NCBI GenBank assembly: GCA_964016885.1
Contig: OZ024742.1
Coordinates: 174,592,001-174,656,000, forward strand
Source of the DNA: Eledone cirrhosa
Taxonomy: Eukaryota
DNA length: 64,000 bases
Direction of reading: 5' to 3'
Shown: piece by piece, positions 26,248 through 38,624 of the stretch
How positions within the stretch are numbered: the first letter of the stretch is position 1
Layout of the letters: each line of letters starts with the position of its first letter
Translations under genes and position numbers: made by a program
Notes under the pieces: generated by a model
Told to the model about the DNA's origin: nothing
Databases searched by the model: none
The model's input: only the letters and a program-made list of their open reading frames with translations

Positions 26248-27009
26248 TAATATATTAACAATAATGCCAAATATCGTTTTAAAAAAAACGGTATGGGCGA
26301 GTAGCTGCTTAAACCAGGTAAGCAATTTTACACTCAAAGTGGGAGCTGATATACGTAGGGGACTTTCATGTTTTGTCTTGCTTTCTGTGGTGTTCGAGAC
26401 GAAAAATATTAAAGGGATCCCCGGGCGCCTCTTTTAGAGTGTGACCGAATGAAACACATTACTTAGTGTTGAATTAATATTAATGTAATTTAGTTTTGTT
26501 TATATTATATGTATATATTCATTCTTACAGAATGAATATCACCACATAAATATGTAAATAGATACGTAATCCTGGCGAATACAGGAAGACAACCGAATTA
26601 TCTTGTGCTGTATATATGTAATTAAATACTCTGTTTTATTACTCATATGCGTATTGCTCCTATAATTTTGTGGGGTGCTGACATTCATAATTTTCCAACA
26701 AAATATTTGTTGAGGGGTGCAGCTGCACCCGCATGTGGCCCTAGCAATACGCCCCACGTATTACCACTATCCCTTTTACGTACATTTCCATGCATGCATG
26801 GGATTTAAACATATATATGAGTGTGTGTGAATTTGCCTGGCTCAATGGTTAGAAATATGGAACCTCGGGTCACGAAATTAATATGTTGCTGAAAGCCGTT
26901 TGTCACCAGAAATATTCGTAAACCGAAACAAGTTTCCCCCTACGAAATGTTGAGAGAGAATTACAGCAAAAGAATGACTGTATGTGAAATGCAGATATAT
27001 ATTGCCATC

Positions 27010-28641
27010 TTGTTTTATTCCATTTGTATTCAGGAGCAACTTCCTTTGAAAGTCTTTTCGCATTATGCACTGTTTTGGTTGTATTAAATTACAGACAAGC
27101 TCAGAATCACAGTTTTAGTAGTATATAGATAGTTAGTTACATAGATAGATTCAAAATAAACAAACACTACACTACCACTACACCACCACCACATATTTTA
27201 AACTCCTGTCAAATAATTCAATAAAAACATACCAGGAAAAAATGATCTCTCTCACACCCCAGGGTTTCAAAAGTTGGGGGAGGGGGTGAATTACTTTGTC
27301 CTTCTTTACAGAAAATACAAACATTTATGGTTTCAAAGTAAACAATATTGTACTAGGATACAGAGAGCGGAAGAGAATATGTTGGTTTAATGAGAGAGGG
27401 GGAAATTAAGAGCGTGAAAGAGAATGAGGTATGTAGTGAAATATAGAGAGGGGGATAGAATTTGATGGTCTAGTGAGAGAGGGGGAATTGAGAGTGAGGT
27501 GTGTAGTGGGATTTAGAGTGGTGAGAGCTTATTAGCCTAGTGAGTGACGAGTTAAGAGAGTGAAAAAGTGAGGTATGTAGTCGAATATAGGGAATGAAAA
27601 AGAGTTTATTGGCCTAGTGAGAGAGGGTGAATTGTGAGAGAGAATGAGATATGTAGTGGTATATAGAGAGCAGGAGAGTAGTTGTTGGTTTAGTGAGAGA
27701 GGGGGATATAAGAGAGTGAGATATGTAGTGGAATATAGTGAGGGGGAGAGAATTTGGTGGTCTAGTGAGAGGGGGAATTAAGAGTGAGGTATATATTGGG
27801 ATAGAGCTGTAGTTTCCTCACTCACTCACTCTCACAATTCCCCCTCTCTCAATAGAACACCAAATGTTCGCCCCCTCACTATATCTCACTACATTTTTCA
27901 CTCTCACAATACCCCCTCTCTCACTACCCCCCCACACACTCTATACTAGACCTCACTCTCTCACTCGACCACCAATCAATCATCACCTCTCTATATACTA
28001 CTACATACTTCTCTCCCTCTCTCTCAATTTCCACTCTCTCATTAAATGAACAAACTCTCCCCCTCTCTTTCTATCTTACTATATATCCCCCCTCTTTCTA
28101 GGCGAATAAACACTCACCCCTCTCTTTAACCCACTACATACCTCACACTCTCTCACAGTTCCCCCTCTCTGACTAGACCACCAAATTCTCTACCCCTCTA
28201 TATATTCCACTACATACCTCACTCTCTTTCACTCTCATAATACCCCTCTCACTAAGTCAACAAATTCTCTCCCGCTCTATATATTCCATTACACGCCTCA
28301 TTCTCTGGCACAATAGCCTCTCACTCACTAAACCACCAACCCCCCTCCTCTCTCTCTATATCACACTACAATGTCTTTTACTTTGAATCCACAAATGTTT
28401 TCATCTTCTGTAAAGAAGGACAGTCCTCCACCCTCCCCACCTTTTGAACCCTGGAGTGTAGCAGACATCTTTCGTATCTTTTTTTTTTTGGTGATCTGCC
28501 TTTATTGAAGTATTTGACACTTTAAAATATGTGGTGGTGGTGGTGTAGTGGGTTATGGTGATGGTAGTGGTAGTGTAGTGTTGTAGGCGGTGTTTGTTTA
28601 TTGTGTATTAATCTATCTATATACTACTAAAACACTGTGAT
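27010..28641. mobile_element. Foldback-like element: unique arms plus a ~60-85-bp minisatellite that inverts near 27811
   Basis: 27107-27340 matches the reverse complement of 28375-28641. The purine-rich array at 27360-27810 (gagagaggggaatt...gaggtatgtagtgg) flips to its pyrimidine-rich complement at 27815-28370. Confidence 0.8.
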
Positions 28642-28644
28642 AAT

Positions 28645-28945
28645 TGGTTACGACTATGAATGCTCAAGTTGATACTATCAACGGAACAGCCTAGTCGTGA
28701 AATTAATGTGCAAATGGTTGAGCCTTCCACAAACTCGTGATCCCTTTACGTAGTTCTCAATGAGATTGGGTGTGACACAGTGTGCAACATGGCTGATCCT
28801 TCGAATTACTGGTACAACACATTTTTGCCAGCTGAGTGGTCTGGAGCAACGGGAAATAAATTGTCTTCCTCACGGACACAACGCACCACCGGGAATCGAA
28901 GTAACGACCTTATTATTGTGAGCCAAATACCCTAATCAATCACTT
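28645..28945 (-). mobile_element. CORE-like tRNA SINE (family B)
   Basis: ggttacgac...atcaacggaacagcc...cgtgaaattaatgtgcaa...gccagctgagtggtctggagcaacgggaaataaa...ggacacaacgcaccaccgggaatcgaa (reversed B-box). Confidence 0.8.
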
Positions 28946-29269
28946 TCATACACACAAATATATATAAACATACACACACATATATATAAATACACACGCA
29001 CATATATATACAAGAAACAGGCACATACGCACACACATATATAAGAAACAGTCACACACACACACACATATAAACACATATTCACACACATATATATTTA
29101 TGTATAAACAGATGCATACATATATATAGAGACATACAAACACGCACGCACATATATAAATACACACACACGCACGCTTATATATATACACATACGCACA
29201 CACACTCATTTAGACAGCCACTTTATGTGAAACCAAAAAGTAAAACATATTTCTTCCTTCCTACAATTA

Positions 29270-30671
29270 TTTTGTCACTCTCTCTCAAAATATTACCTCT
29301 CTCACACTAAAACATTTTACCTTTCTCTATATACCACTACACGTCTCACTAGACCAACATTCTCCCTCTCTCACTAACCCACCATAAACTCTGTCACCCT
29401 CTATATCCCACTACATAGTACTCTCTCACAATTTCCCATCTCACACTAGATCACCAAATTCTCTCTCCTCTCTATATATCAGTACATACCTCACTCTCTA
29501 TCATACTCGTAATTCCCACTCTCTCACTAGCCCACCAAAATCTCTCCCCCTCACTATATCCCACTACATGCTTCTCTTTCTCTATCGCTTTCACATTTAC
29601 CCTTCTCTCACTATATTACCACCAAACTCTTTCTCATTCTCTATATCCCACTACATACCTCACTCCCTCACAATTCAACCTCTCACTAAACCATCAATCT
29701 CTATCCTGCTCTCTCTATATCCCACTACATATACTACTCTTTCTCACGATTCCCCCTCTCTCATTAGCCCACTAAATTCTCTACCCTTCTCTATATTCCA
29801 TTACATACCTCATTCACTTTTTCTCTCTTAATTCCCCCGTTCACCCTTCTCTATAACCCACTACATACCTCACTCTCTCTCTCACAATCCGCCTCTCTCA
29901 CTAAACAACTCTCTATATTCCACAACATAGCTTACTCTGTTAATTCCCCCTCTTTCACTAAACCAACAAATTATTTCCTGCTCATATCACACTACACACC
30001 TCCCTCTCTCTCACAATTCCCCCTCTCCCTAGGCCACCACAAAATTCTCTCCCCCTCTCTATACATCACTCTCTCTCCCTTAATTTCCCCTCTCTCATTA
30101 AACCAACAAATTCTTTCCCTCACTTATTCTCTATGCTACTACATACCACACTCTCTCTCTCTCACAATTCCCTCTCACTAAAGCAACACAATCTCTCCCC
30201 CTCAATATATACCATGACATACCTCACTCTCTCTCAATCCTCCTCTCTCACTAGACCACCAAATTCTCTCTCTTTTTCTTTCTCACAATACCCCATCTCT
30301 CACCAGAACAATACACTATCTCTCTTAATTCCTCCTCTCTCACTAGAGCAACAAATATCTTCCCCTCTCTATGTTCCACTACGATAAATTTTACTTTGAA
30401 ACCACATGATTTTATCTTCTGTAACGAAAAATTTCTCCATCCCCACCCCAACATTTGAACCCATGGAGTGTGGGGAGGTCTTTTGTGTGCTTTTGTTGAA
30501 TTATTAGACAGGAGGTTAAACTACGTGGTGGAAGTGGGTGGTGGTGGTTTATTTTGAATCTATCTACCTATATACTATTAAAACTCTGTGATTGTGTGTT
30601 TGCCTGTAATTTAATAGAGCAGTGCATGATGGGAAAGTTTCCCTGAAATGGGAATACAAATGGAATAAAAA
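29270..30671. mobile_element. Third arm of the minisatellite/foldback element
   Basis: Pyrimidine-rich array at 29270-30380 (ccactacatacctcactctc...aattccccctctctcactagaccaccaaattctc), then an arm at 30390-30671 matching the reverse complement of 27010-27340. Confidence 0.8.
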
Positions 30672-31299
30672 GAGTTTAGCATAAATCAGAACACGGGTTT
30701 CCGAGAAAGTGTTTTTTTTTCTTCATTAATAAAGAGAGAAAGATAGAGAGAAAGAGAGAATAGTTTGAGATATATATAGAGAGAAGATAGAGAAGAAAAA
30801 GTGGAAGAGAGAGCGAGCTGGTGGTGTGTTTCACCAGTATATTTATGTCACATTTTACATGTTTGTGTATATTTTAATTATTTAAAAATAATTTCTATGT
30901 GAACGGTGACCCAACAGGTCACAGGTGGTTTAATAATAATTAAATGCATAGCAAGTGATACTTTCTCGTCAGCAATCTAAGCTTGTTCCCAACCTCCATG
31001 TTCACTACTCAAAACACCGAGACATTTTTTATTTGGAAAAAAATGTTTGTGATGCGAGATGTTCGTGAACTGAGGTTCGACAATATATTTATATATACGG
31101 GTAAAGGGCGAGGCTGTGTGGTTACTGAAAATGAAGTGTTAGGAGGTAATCGGGACACAAACAAGAGAAGAAAAGTTTCCCTTCCAAAGCTGTTTACTAC
31201 GGATCTTGAATGTTTTGGGGCTTAAAACAGATCATCGATCCGTAGTGTGCCCATGGCCTTTTATCTATTAAAAGACACGAGGGAAAGAAGTAATAGTGA

Positions 31300-31457
31300 A
31301 GAGAGAGGAAGGGAAAAAGGAAAAATACGAAGTAAACCTGCCGATAGAAGGGGGAACACAGGACAATGGCACATATATGTAAATAACCGAACAGGCCGAT
31401 GGGTATAAGCCCGGTGGCAGTGATAACAGAGGAGATAGGTTTTTGCGTGGCGATACC

Positions 31458-31494
<37 letters not shown>

Positions 31495-31685
31495 CCTACA
31501 GTCACTTTACTGAGAATCGCCACGGAAAAAACCTAGCTCCTCTGTTATTATGGCCACGGGGTTTATACCCATCGGCTTGGTATAACTTGATTTATTTTCT
31601 CTTCTACATGTGCCATTGTCCTGTGTTCCTCCTTCTATCGGTATGTTTACTTCGTATTTTCGTTTTTTTCCTTTTCTTTCTTCTC
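31300..31685. repeat. Imperfect inverted repeat (~155-170-bp arms) around a (CT)n-containing spacer
   Basis: aaaatacgaagtaaac...ccgatagaagg...gaacacaggacaatggcacat...gccgatgggtataa...ataacagaggag.taggttttt.cgtggcgat pairs with 31516-31685. Confidence 0.85.
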
Positions 31686-31968
31686 TTTTATATATATATA
31701 TATATATATAGTAATAATAATAAATTTGAAGACTAAAATCCAAAGAGGGCTCGATAAGGATAAATATATATCAAATATATAAGAACCGTAGAGCAAATAT
31801 TTATTGAAATAACAGATTAAAGTTTAAGCAAAGAATCGTTGCTTTCACCCTTAACAGGATCTTCTGAAACTAACAAAGTCAATCTGTAAACGTAGAAGTG
31901 AATATTTCAAAAAATGTTGCAACCGGAGGAAGACAGGAAGAAGATACTTTGGTTCGTGGAAACGTTTC

Positions 31969-32233
31969 CTGGCAAAGAACGGAAAAAAATGAATATAATA
32001 CGTCATTATTTGGAGCGGTGAAAAACAATTACACGCAAAGACAGAACCCCGTTTATGGTATAAAAGAAGTCGTAGACTAATATTCTCTTAGGTCATTCAT
32101 AGAGACATTCTCTGGCAATGAACGGAAAAAACGAAGATAATACATCATATGTGGAGCGCGGAGAACAATTGCACGCAAAGACAAAACCACGTAAATGGTA
32201 TAGCTGAAGTCGTAGACTGAAATTCTAACTAGG
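31969..32233. repeat. Diverged direct repeat, two ~125-bp copies (period ~141 bp)
   Basis: ctggcaa.gaacggaaaaaa.gaa.ataatac.tcat...tggagcg...aacaatt.cacgcaaagaca.aacc.cgt..atggtata...gaagtcgtagact appears at about 31969 and 32111. Confidence 0.8.
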
Positions 32234-32399
32234 AAACCGAATGATTCTCCGCTTCAGAGTTAAGAATAAAGTAAATAAAATACAGAGGTAAATGAAATAA
32301 AATAAATACACGGATCCAAATACGTACATACACAAGCATGCTTTTATTAAAAATTAAAAAAAAGAAGCCAGCAGCTAGAAATTATGGCACCATTAATTT

Positions 32400-34496
32400 T
32401 CCAAAATGCCTTGAAGTCAGTAAGCTGAGATTTCCACAAATTCAAGTCACCTTGCATGAACGTATTAATACACCTGTTCTTGGGCTCTAGTCAGAGGAAT
32501 TTTACAATCTAGCACATGAAACTCTTGGAATTATTACAGCAAAAAATTGGTATTGGTTTATTGAAAATGATCAAGAGATAAAAGGATTATTGTTGAATAA
32601 GAATGCCATCAAGGTGCAAATGTTGAAAAAGTTCTTATCAAGTGAAAAACGATGTCAACTAGAAACATTTTTTTTTTAAATTAAGGCTGATTGATAACCA
32701 ATGTAAATTGTATCACATGCAAGAGAATTGGTGATGAGAACTTCCATATGATATGCAGATACCAACTGACTCAAGGAATGGAAAGGAATTATAAAATAGG
32801 ATGAAACTAGCCTTTGTTTATACAAGATCAAAAGCCAGCAGGAGGAAATTGGAAAATATAGAGTAGCTCTACTCTGTGCTGCAGGGAAAATCTTTGCATC
32901 ACTCATGCTTTCATGTCTAAATAATAATATATCAAACCTGATCTTACCGGAATCACAATGTGGCTTTCAGCCCAAAAGATGTACAATTGATATGATCTTT
33001 ACAAACAACAGAACATGCATCAGGTATTTGTAACAAAAGCCTTTGATGTAGTGAATGAACAGTGCTACTCTATGGAAGATCCTTGTCAGGTTAGGGTGAC
33101 CAGAAGACGTTGTTTATATAATCAAATCTTGTGATGATGACATGGACGCTTTGGTAAATATTGGTAGTATTATTTCAGAGCCAATCAAAATTAAAAAATG
33201 ATGTTAAGCAGAATTATCACATGGCTCCTCCATGTTTTTCAATCTATGTCTCCGTGGTTCTCATTGATATCTTTAGATACTGTAATGAAAGCATCTTCAT
33301 CGTGTATCACTCCTCATGAAAGCTTTTCAGCTTCAGGCACTTTGCTGATAAAAACTATAGACCTCCAAACGCTCATTTAATATCTTCATTAAACTGACAA
33401 CTACATATTAGTTGCCAATTCACTCACAGGTATGCCCATCTTCATGAATAGATTATCTTGTTTGTGTAAAGCCTTTAGATTAACTATAGCTCAAATTAAA
33501 GATTTAGTAATGAATAAACCAGCTCTGGGATCCTTATATAGAACTATCCATTCATGTAATAGACAAAATCTCAAAGAAGGGCATAAATTTCCATATGTGG
33601 GAAATATATTGAACTAGAATTACATATTAGATGGTGAAATAATCTCCCATATCAAAATTCAACCAATTCTTTCACACATCTTAGGGTATATCTTTGGAGC
33701 TGGTAGGCAATTAGAAAAGAAACAAAAATTGTAGTATACAATGCATATGTTCTGTTTATTCTTTTATATCTTTGTGAGACCTGGGTTGTTTATTACATGT
33801 ATGTTAAACTCCTCAAATGGTTTCACCAGCATCACCTGTATGACATTCTCAGAGTTCACTGGAATGCATACGCAGCAGTCACTGAAATATAAAAAATGAT
33901 GGTGCAGTCAACATTGAATCTCCCATCCACAAGTAACAATTCTAAATGGTAGGCCACATTGTTAGATCTGATTACTGCAGAACCACAAAGCAAGTCTTTT
34001 TATGGCAAGTTAATACTCAGTGCATGACCACAACACACACTAAAAACTGTGTTTCAAGGAAAATTGACCAATCTTGGCATTAGATAGAAACAAGTGGCAC
34101 ACCACTATTTCTAATGGTATAAAACCTTTTCAAGAATCTGCTTTGGAATGGCTTAGCATTTGCCTGCAGCTAAGAAAGGCCAAAATGTGGAGACCTCTGA
34201 ACCTAAGTTTGCATGCTATGTATGTGTCTGAATATGCCTGTCAAAAGCTGGCTTTACAGGTCAACTACGTAAATATGCAGAAGAGCCCCATGTCAAATAA
34301 AACTAGTCTTGTAGCCAATTTGACATGCGATATATCTGACAGAGAACTTTTGAATAAGTCAGGGCTTACAAAGCATTCAAAAATACATAGTCATGGTCCT
34401 GATGGAGGGAGTGAATTCCAATGTATTTTATGCATCAAAACATACACGTCCCTTGCAGGCTTTAAAAGCCACTGCATGGCTCACAACCAGCAATAG
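32400..34496 (+). mobile_element. Old, heavily decayed RTE (BovB-like) LINE with C-terminal C2H2-like fingers
   Basis: Remnants LLCAAGKIFA, LPESQCGF, KAFDVV, FPYVGNI, TKIVVYNA, LDRNKWH; terminal ORF contains CDISDRE...LTKHSKIH and CILCIKT...FKSHCMAH. Confidence 0.75.
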
Positions 34497-35735
34497 AGAT
34501 ATATTATTTGTCAATGATAGTTTTACTCATCTAACAAGTTGATGGCCTTTATGTATAAATGTATGTATATGCACAGCAGCGCTACATTTTGCAGGTCAGT
34601 GAAATGGACATGCACGCACGCATGCATGCATGCTTGCTTGCTTGCTTTTCCCATCTAACAAATTTCAATAAAAGAACATTAGCTAGGCCAATTCTATAGT
34701 ACAAACTTGTCCAAAGTGGCATACAGCAAGACTGAAACAGGAATCACATGTTTGATAACAAACTACCTCACCACAGAGTCATGTCAGTACCTTCCAAAAC
34801 CACTTCTAATCTATAGTGAAAAAAGTAGACTAGAATATTTCAGAACACTACCATAATATATTTAGAATAAAGCTTGGCAATCAGTATTCAGCTGTGCTAA
34901 ATCATCTCAGTGTTAATAGTAATCAATACAAAATAGTTAAACATACCCAACTGCCACAATACTTTATGGTTGCACCTTATTTGAAGGCTAGTCAGCATTT
35001 GTGCCACATTTCCACTGGGATATATATATAAACTCACACATATTCACACACATCTAGACACACATCGATGTGTGTCTATATGTGTGTATATATATATATA
35101 TGTGTATATATATATATGTATATATACATATACACACACATTTGTGTGAGTTTATGTGCATATATATATATATATATGTATGTTTGAACATATGTTTATA
35201 CATATATGTATATTCATCAACATCATCATTTAACATCCACTTGTATTCCAAAACTCAATAGAATTACTATTTCTAAGTTCATCAGATTTACACTTCATAA
35301 ACTAGGACCATTCTTTGTCACATCTTTTTCATTCCGCTCTTCTTATTTTTATGTGAAATAGCAAGTAAACTTTCTATTGTCTACTGGAATCATGAATATT
35401 ATATTCAACAGGATTTCATCTCCCTCAAATCTTTTGTTATATTTCTTTTGTCAACATAAATGATAAAGACCCTTATTCCTTTCACTCAACATTGTAAAGA
35501 AATTATATATATAAACACATACATACATATACACAGACATACAGATCATCTATTAGCAGTAGCACTAAGATAGCATTAAGTATAATATGCTTTCATATAC
35601 ACCCCTAACACACACACACGAACACACACATACACATACATAGATACACACACACACATATTTATATGTATTTTCATACATCTATATAACATCATCATTT
35701 TTGTATGCTTTTCCCTGCTTGAACATGTGTTCATA

Positions 35736-35813
<78 letters not shown>

Positions 35814-37250
35814 GAAATATATATTTCAAGGGCAACCAAGCCAACATAGGTGCGCTTTCATCAGATAAAATACAAAGTTTGTTTTATAAATAAAGACGTA
35901 CCCATGTAAATCATACCTTACCGGTCGGAAATTCACTGGATAGCGGAAACATATTAGGGATTATTCAAAGTTATGTATGAATATGCAAATGAGTGTGTAA
36001 ATAATTGAAAAAAACAACCATTTATTTAAATGACGCTGCGGAAAGATAGGGAAGAAAGAGAGAGAGAAAAAATATTAATATTATGAGATAGATTGAGAGA
36101 AGAAATTTATAAGAGGATGAGTAGAACTCGTGTAATGTAAATAAGTTTAAAGTTTATGTCTACTAATGATACGTATATTTACTATTATTTTGTTGTTAGA
36201 ATTATTTTCTAATATAATATAATATTTACTATTATAAGTAGATAGAAAAAATAGATATATATAGAAAAATAAATATATATAATAAATAGATGGAAAAATA
36301 TATTGAAAAATAAATAGATAGAAAAATAGATAAATAGAAGCATGAATAGATAGAAAAATAAATAGATAGAAAAATAGAAATATCAATGGATAGATGGGTA
36401 TAACTTGTTATAGATAATTGTTTTAATGGGTTATGAGGGATATTAGTTTATGTTTAGTGCAAGTAATTAAGTTAACTGGGTTAATAAGAATATTTATATA
36501 TTTTAAATGTTTTAAATGTTTTGTTTGTTTATTTGTTAGGATGAGACCATTTTGTCAAAGATATAAATGTTGAAAGATATATTTAGCCTGAATTAGTTAT
36601 TGGTTATAAATCTAATAAAAGATATTAACAAATTTTATTAAAAAATATTAAATATTCTGGAAAATTTTTCAAAAAAATTTCGGAGAATATTTTTTAAAAT
36701 ATTAAAAAAAATTTTTTTTAGATTTAAAAAAATTATTTTTTTACATTTTAAAAATTATTAAAAAATATTTTATAAGAGATAAGTTGATTTTTTAAAAATT
36801 AAGTAATTTAAAAAAAAATAAGTAATTTTTTGAAAATAAGTCATTTTTAAAATATATGAAATATTTTAGAAGTAAAAATGAAAAAAGGAAAAATGTGAAA
36901 TGAAAGATTTAAGACGTAAATAATATAGAATTAAAAAACCTTAAAAAATATTAAAATTAATGTTAAAATTAAAATTTAAATTGAGGATCATATATGTATA
37001 TAATTTAAGAAATTTAATAAGTGAAATTATAAGAAGTGAAATTATAGTAAACAATATATGGAAATAAGTCTAAATATTATAAGTGTAATTATAATTTATA
37101 TATAGTTCTAAATGTTGAATTTAGGCGATGTTTACAAGAACTAAATAAATTCATACGTATATTAATAGAGTTCTTACATTTAAGTATGGTGAGTACCTTA
37201 CTTACTGTGGTTAATCCCGATTGAACACAGGATAAACTTATATATATAAA
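35814..37250 (-). mobile_element. Probable Penelope-like element 3' remnant (GIY-YIG tail, G-poor UTR, hammerhead-like core)
   Basis: Minus ORF tail ILKCKNSINIRMNLFSSCKHR resembles the PLE end motif LNxRxELxSxCRH. Core CTGATGA-aag...ctt-GAAATATATATT lies at about 35816-35864, but stem I does not pair. Confidence 0.45.
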
Positions 37251-37299
37251 AATATATACACACACACATATACGTATATGTTCAAATGTTATACTTATA

Positions 37300-37495
37300 A
37301 TAATAATTGTTTCTACTTTTGGCATAAGGCCAGCAATTATTCCAGTGTATTACTGGTACTTTATTCTATCGACCCCGTAAGGATGAAAGGCAAAGTTAAC
37401 CTCGGCGGGATTTGAACTCAGTTCGTAAAGGGACGTAACTGTGCTGCAAATCATGGCGTCCGACCCTCTACCGATACTGCCAATCCACCGCCGTT
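37300..37495 (-). mobile_element. Meta-domain SINE (family A)
   Basis: Full-length reverse complement of the family A sequence. Confidence 0.9.
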
Positions 37496-38624
37496 AAAAA
37501 AGTGCACATATTTTGGTCATATCAGTATTTTGGATTACTATTGATGCAATTTGATTTCTTATTTAAATTTAATACTGTGTGCAATGTAATTCCTTGTAGC
37601 TGATATAGCAACAACAGCAGTAGATAAACCATGTGTTATACAACCAATCCAATCCAGGGCCTTCTCACTCCTGCTGGAGGAACCCTCCCTGGTTGACTGC
37701 CACAGCTTTGTTTGCTTTTGGTCATATCAGGATTGTAGCTATACTCACCCTACTTGGTCAATCACAGGTTGGTGAGGCTATTTAACCCATTGTTGGTAAG
37801 GGCTATTGACTCAGAGCAGTTCTTCCACCCTTTTTACAGCTCTTCTTGTTGATACTATTGTAGGCTCCAATGGTTGTTTAATGTTAGTATGCATGAGCAG
37901 CATAGCATAAGCAAACTTAAGGAAAAACTTGGCATAAGCAGAATTGGATGTAGTGTGCAAGAGAGAAGACTGGATTGGGTATGGACATTTGATGCATATG
38001 GAAGAAAGCAGCTTCTTAAAGAAAGGAGAAGCCCTACTGTCTAGAATCCATGAAAGAGGCAAAGACAGGAAAACTAGGGAAAAGGTAGTGAAAAGTGACC
38101 TTGAAATCTAAGGTCATGCATGCATGTTAAGTGTATGAAATTTTAATTATATTATATTATATATATAAAGAGAGAGAAACTTAACTATAGCCTACCAGAA
38201 GTTTCAAGATGCAAACACAACTAAATCATCAGTTGCATTTCAGAAAGGTTTACTTGTAAGTGCCTTCATTGTCACATCGAGTTCAAACCATCCGATGGTT
38301 TCCAGAGAAACTATACAGAACTAACAACCAATGAATTCATTAGTAATTTACTCAGCATATACACTCATTTAGGTGCAAGAACAGGAAGAACTCTACCACT
38401 CTGTCCTAATTCATATGAAGGCTCTATAAACCCACAATACTCCCAGCATTAAATAAAGTGTTCTCGAACTGCTTACTTGAGAGATTACATATACTGCAAT
38501 AACCTATGATATACAATTGCAGGAAAACTGAAAAAATGTTTTGCTGCCACTAGAGATGCACTCTGTTAGACATAATCAAATAACTGACACTAGACATCCC
38601 ACAAAAGCCACCTTTGTTCATAGA

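Noticed and set aside
27360-30380. CRISPR-like regular repeats (also 8960-9690 and 61211-61655)
   Set aside because: Contiguous degenerate tandem units with no unique spacers, no cas genes, and a eukaryotic context.
30885-30980. CTGACGAG...GAAAT on minus; similar half-motifs near 10410-10425, 40314-40355 and 63520-63630
   Set aside because: Only half the core is present or the stems do not pair; too decayed to call.
36000-37110. Mitochondrial insertion (NUMT)
   Set aside because: I could not recognise any mitochondrial protein, rRNA or tRNA motif; not excluded without BLAST.
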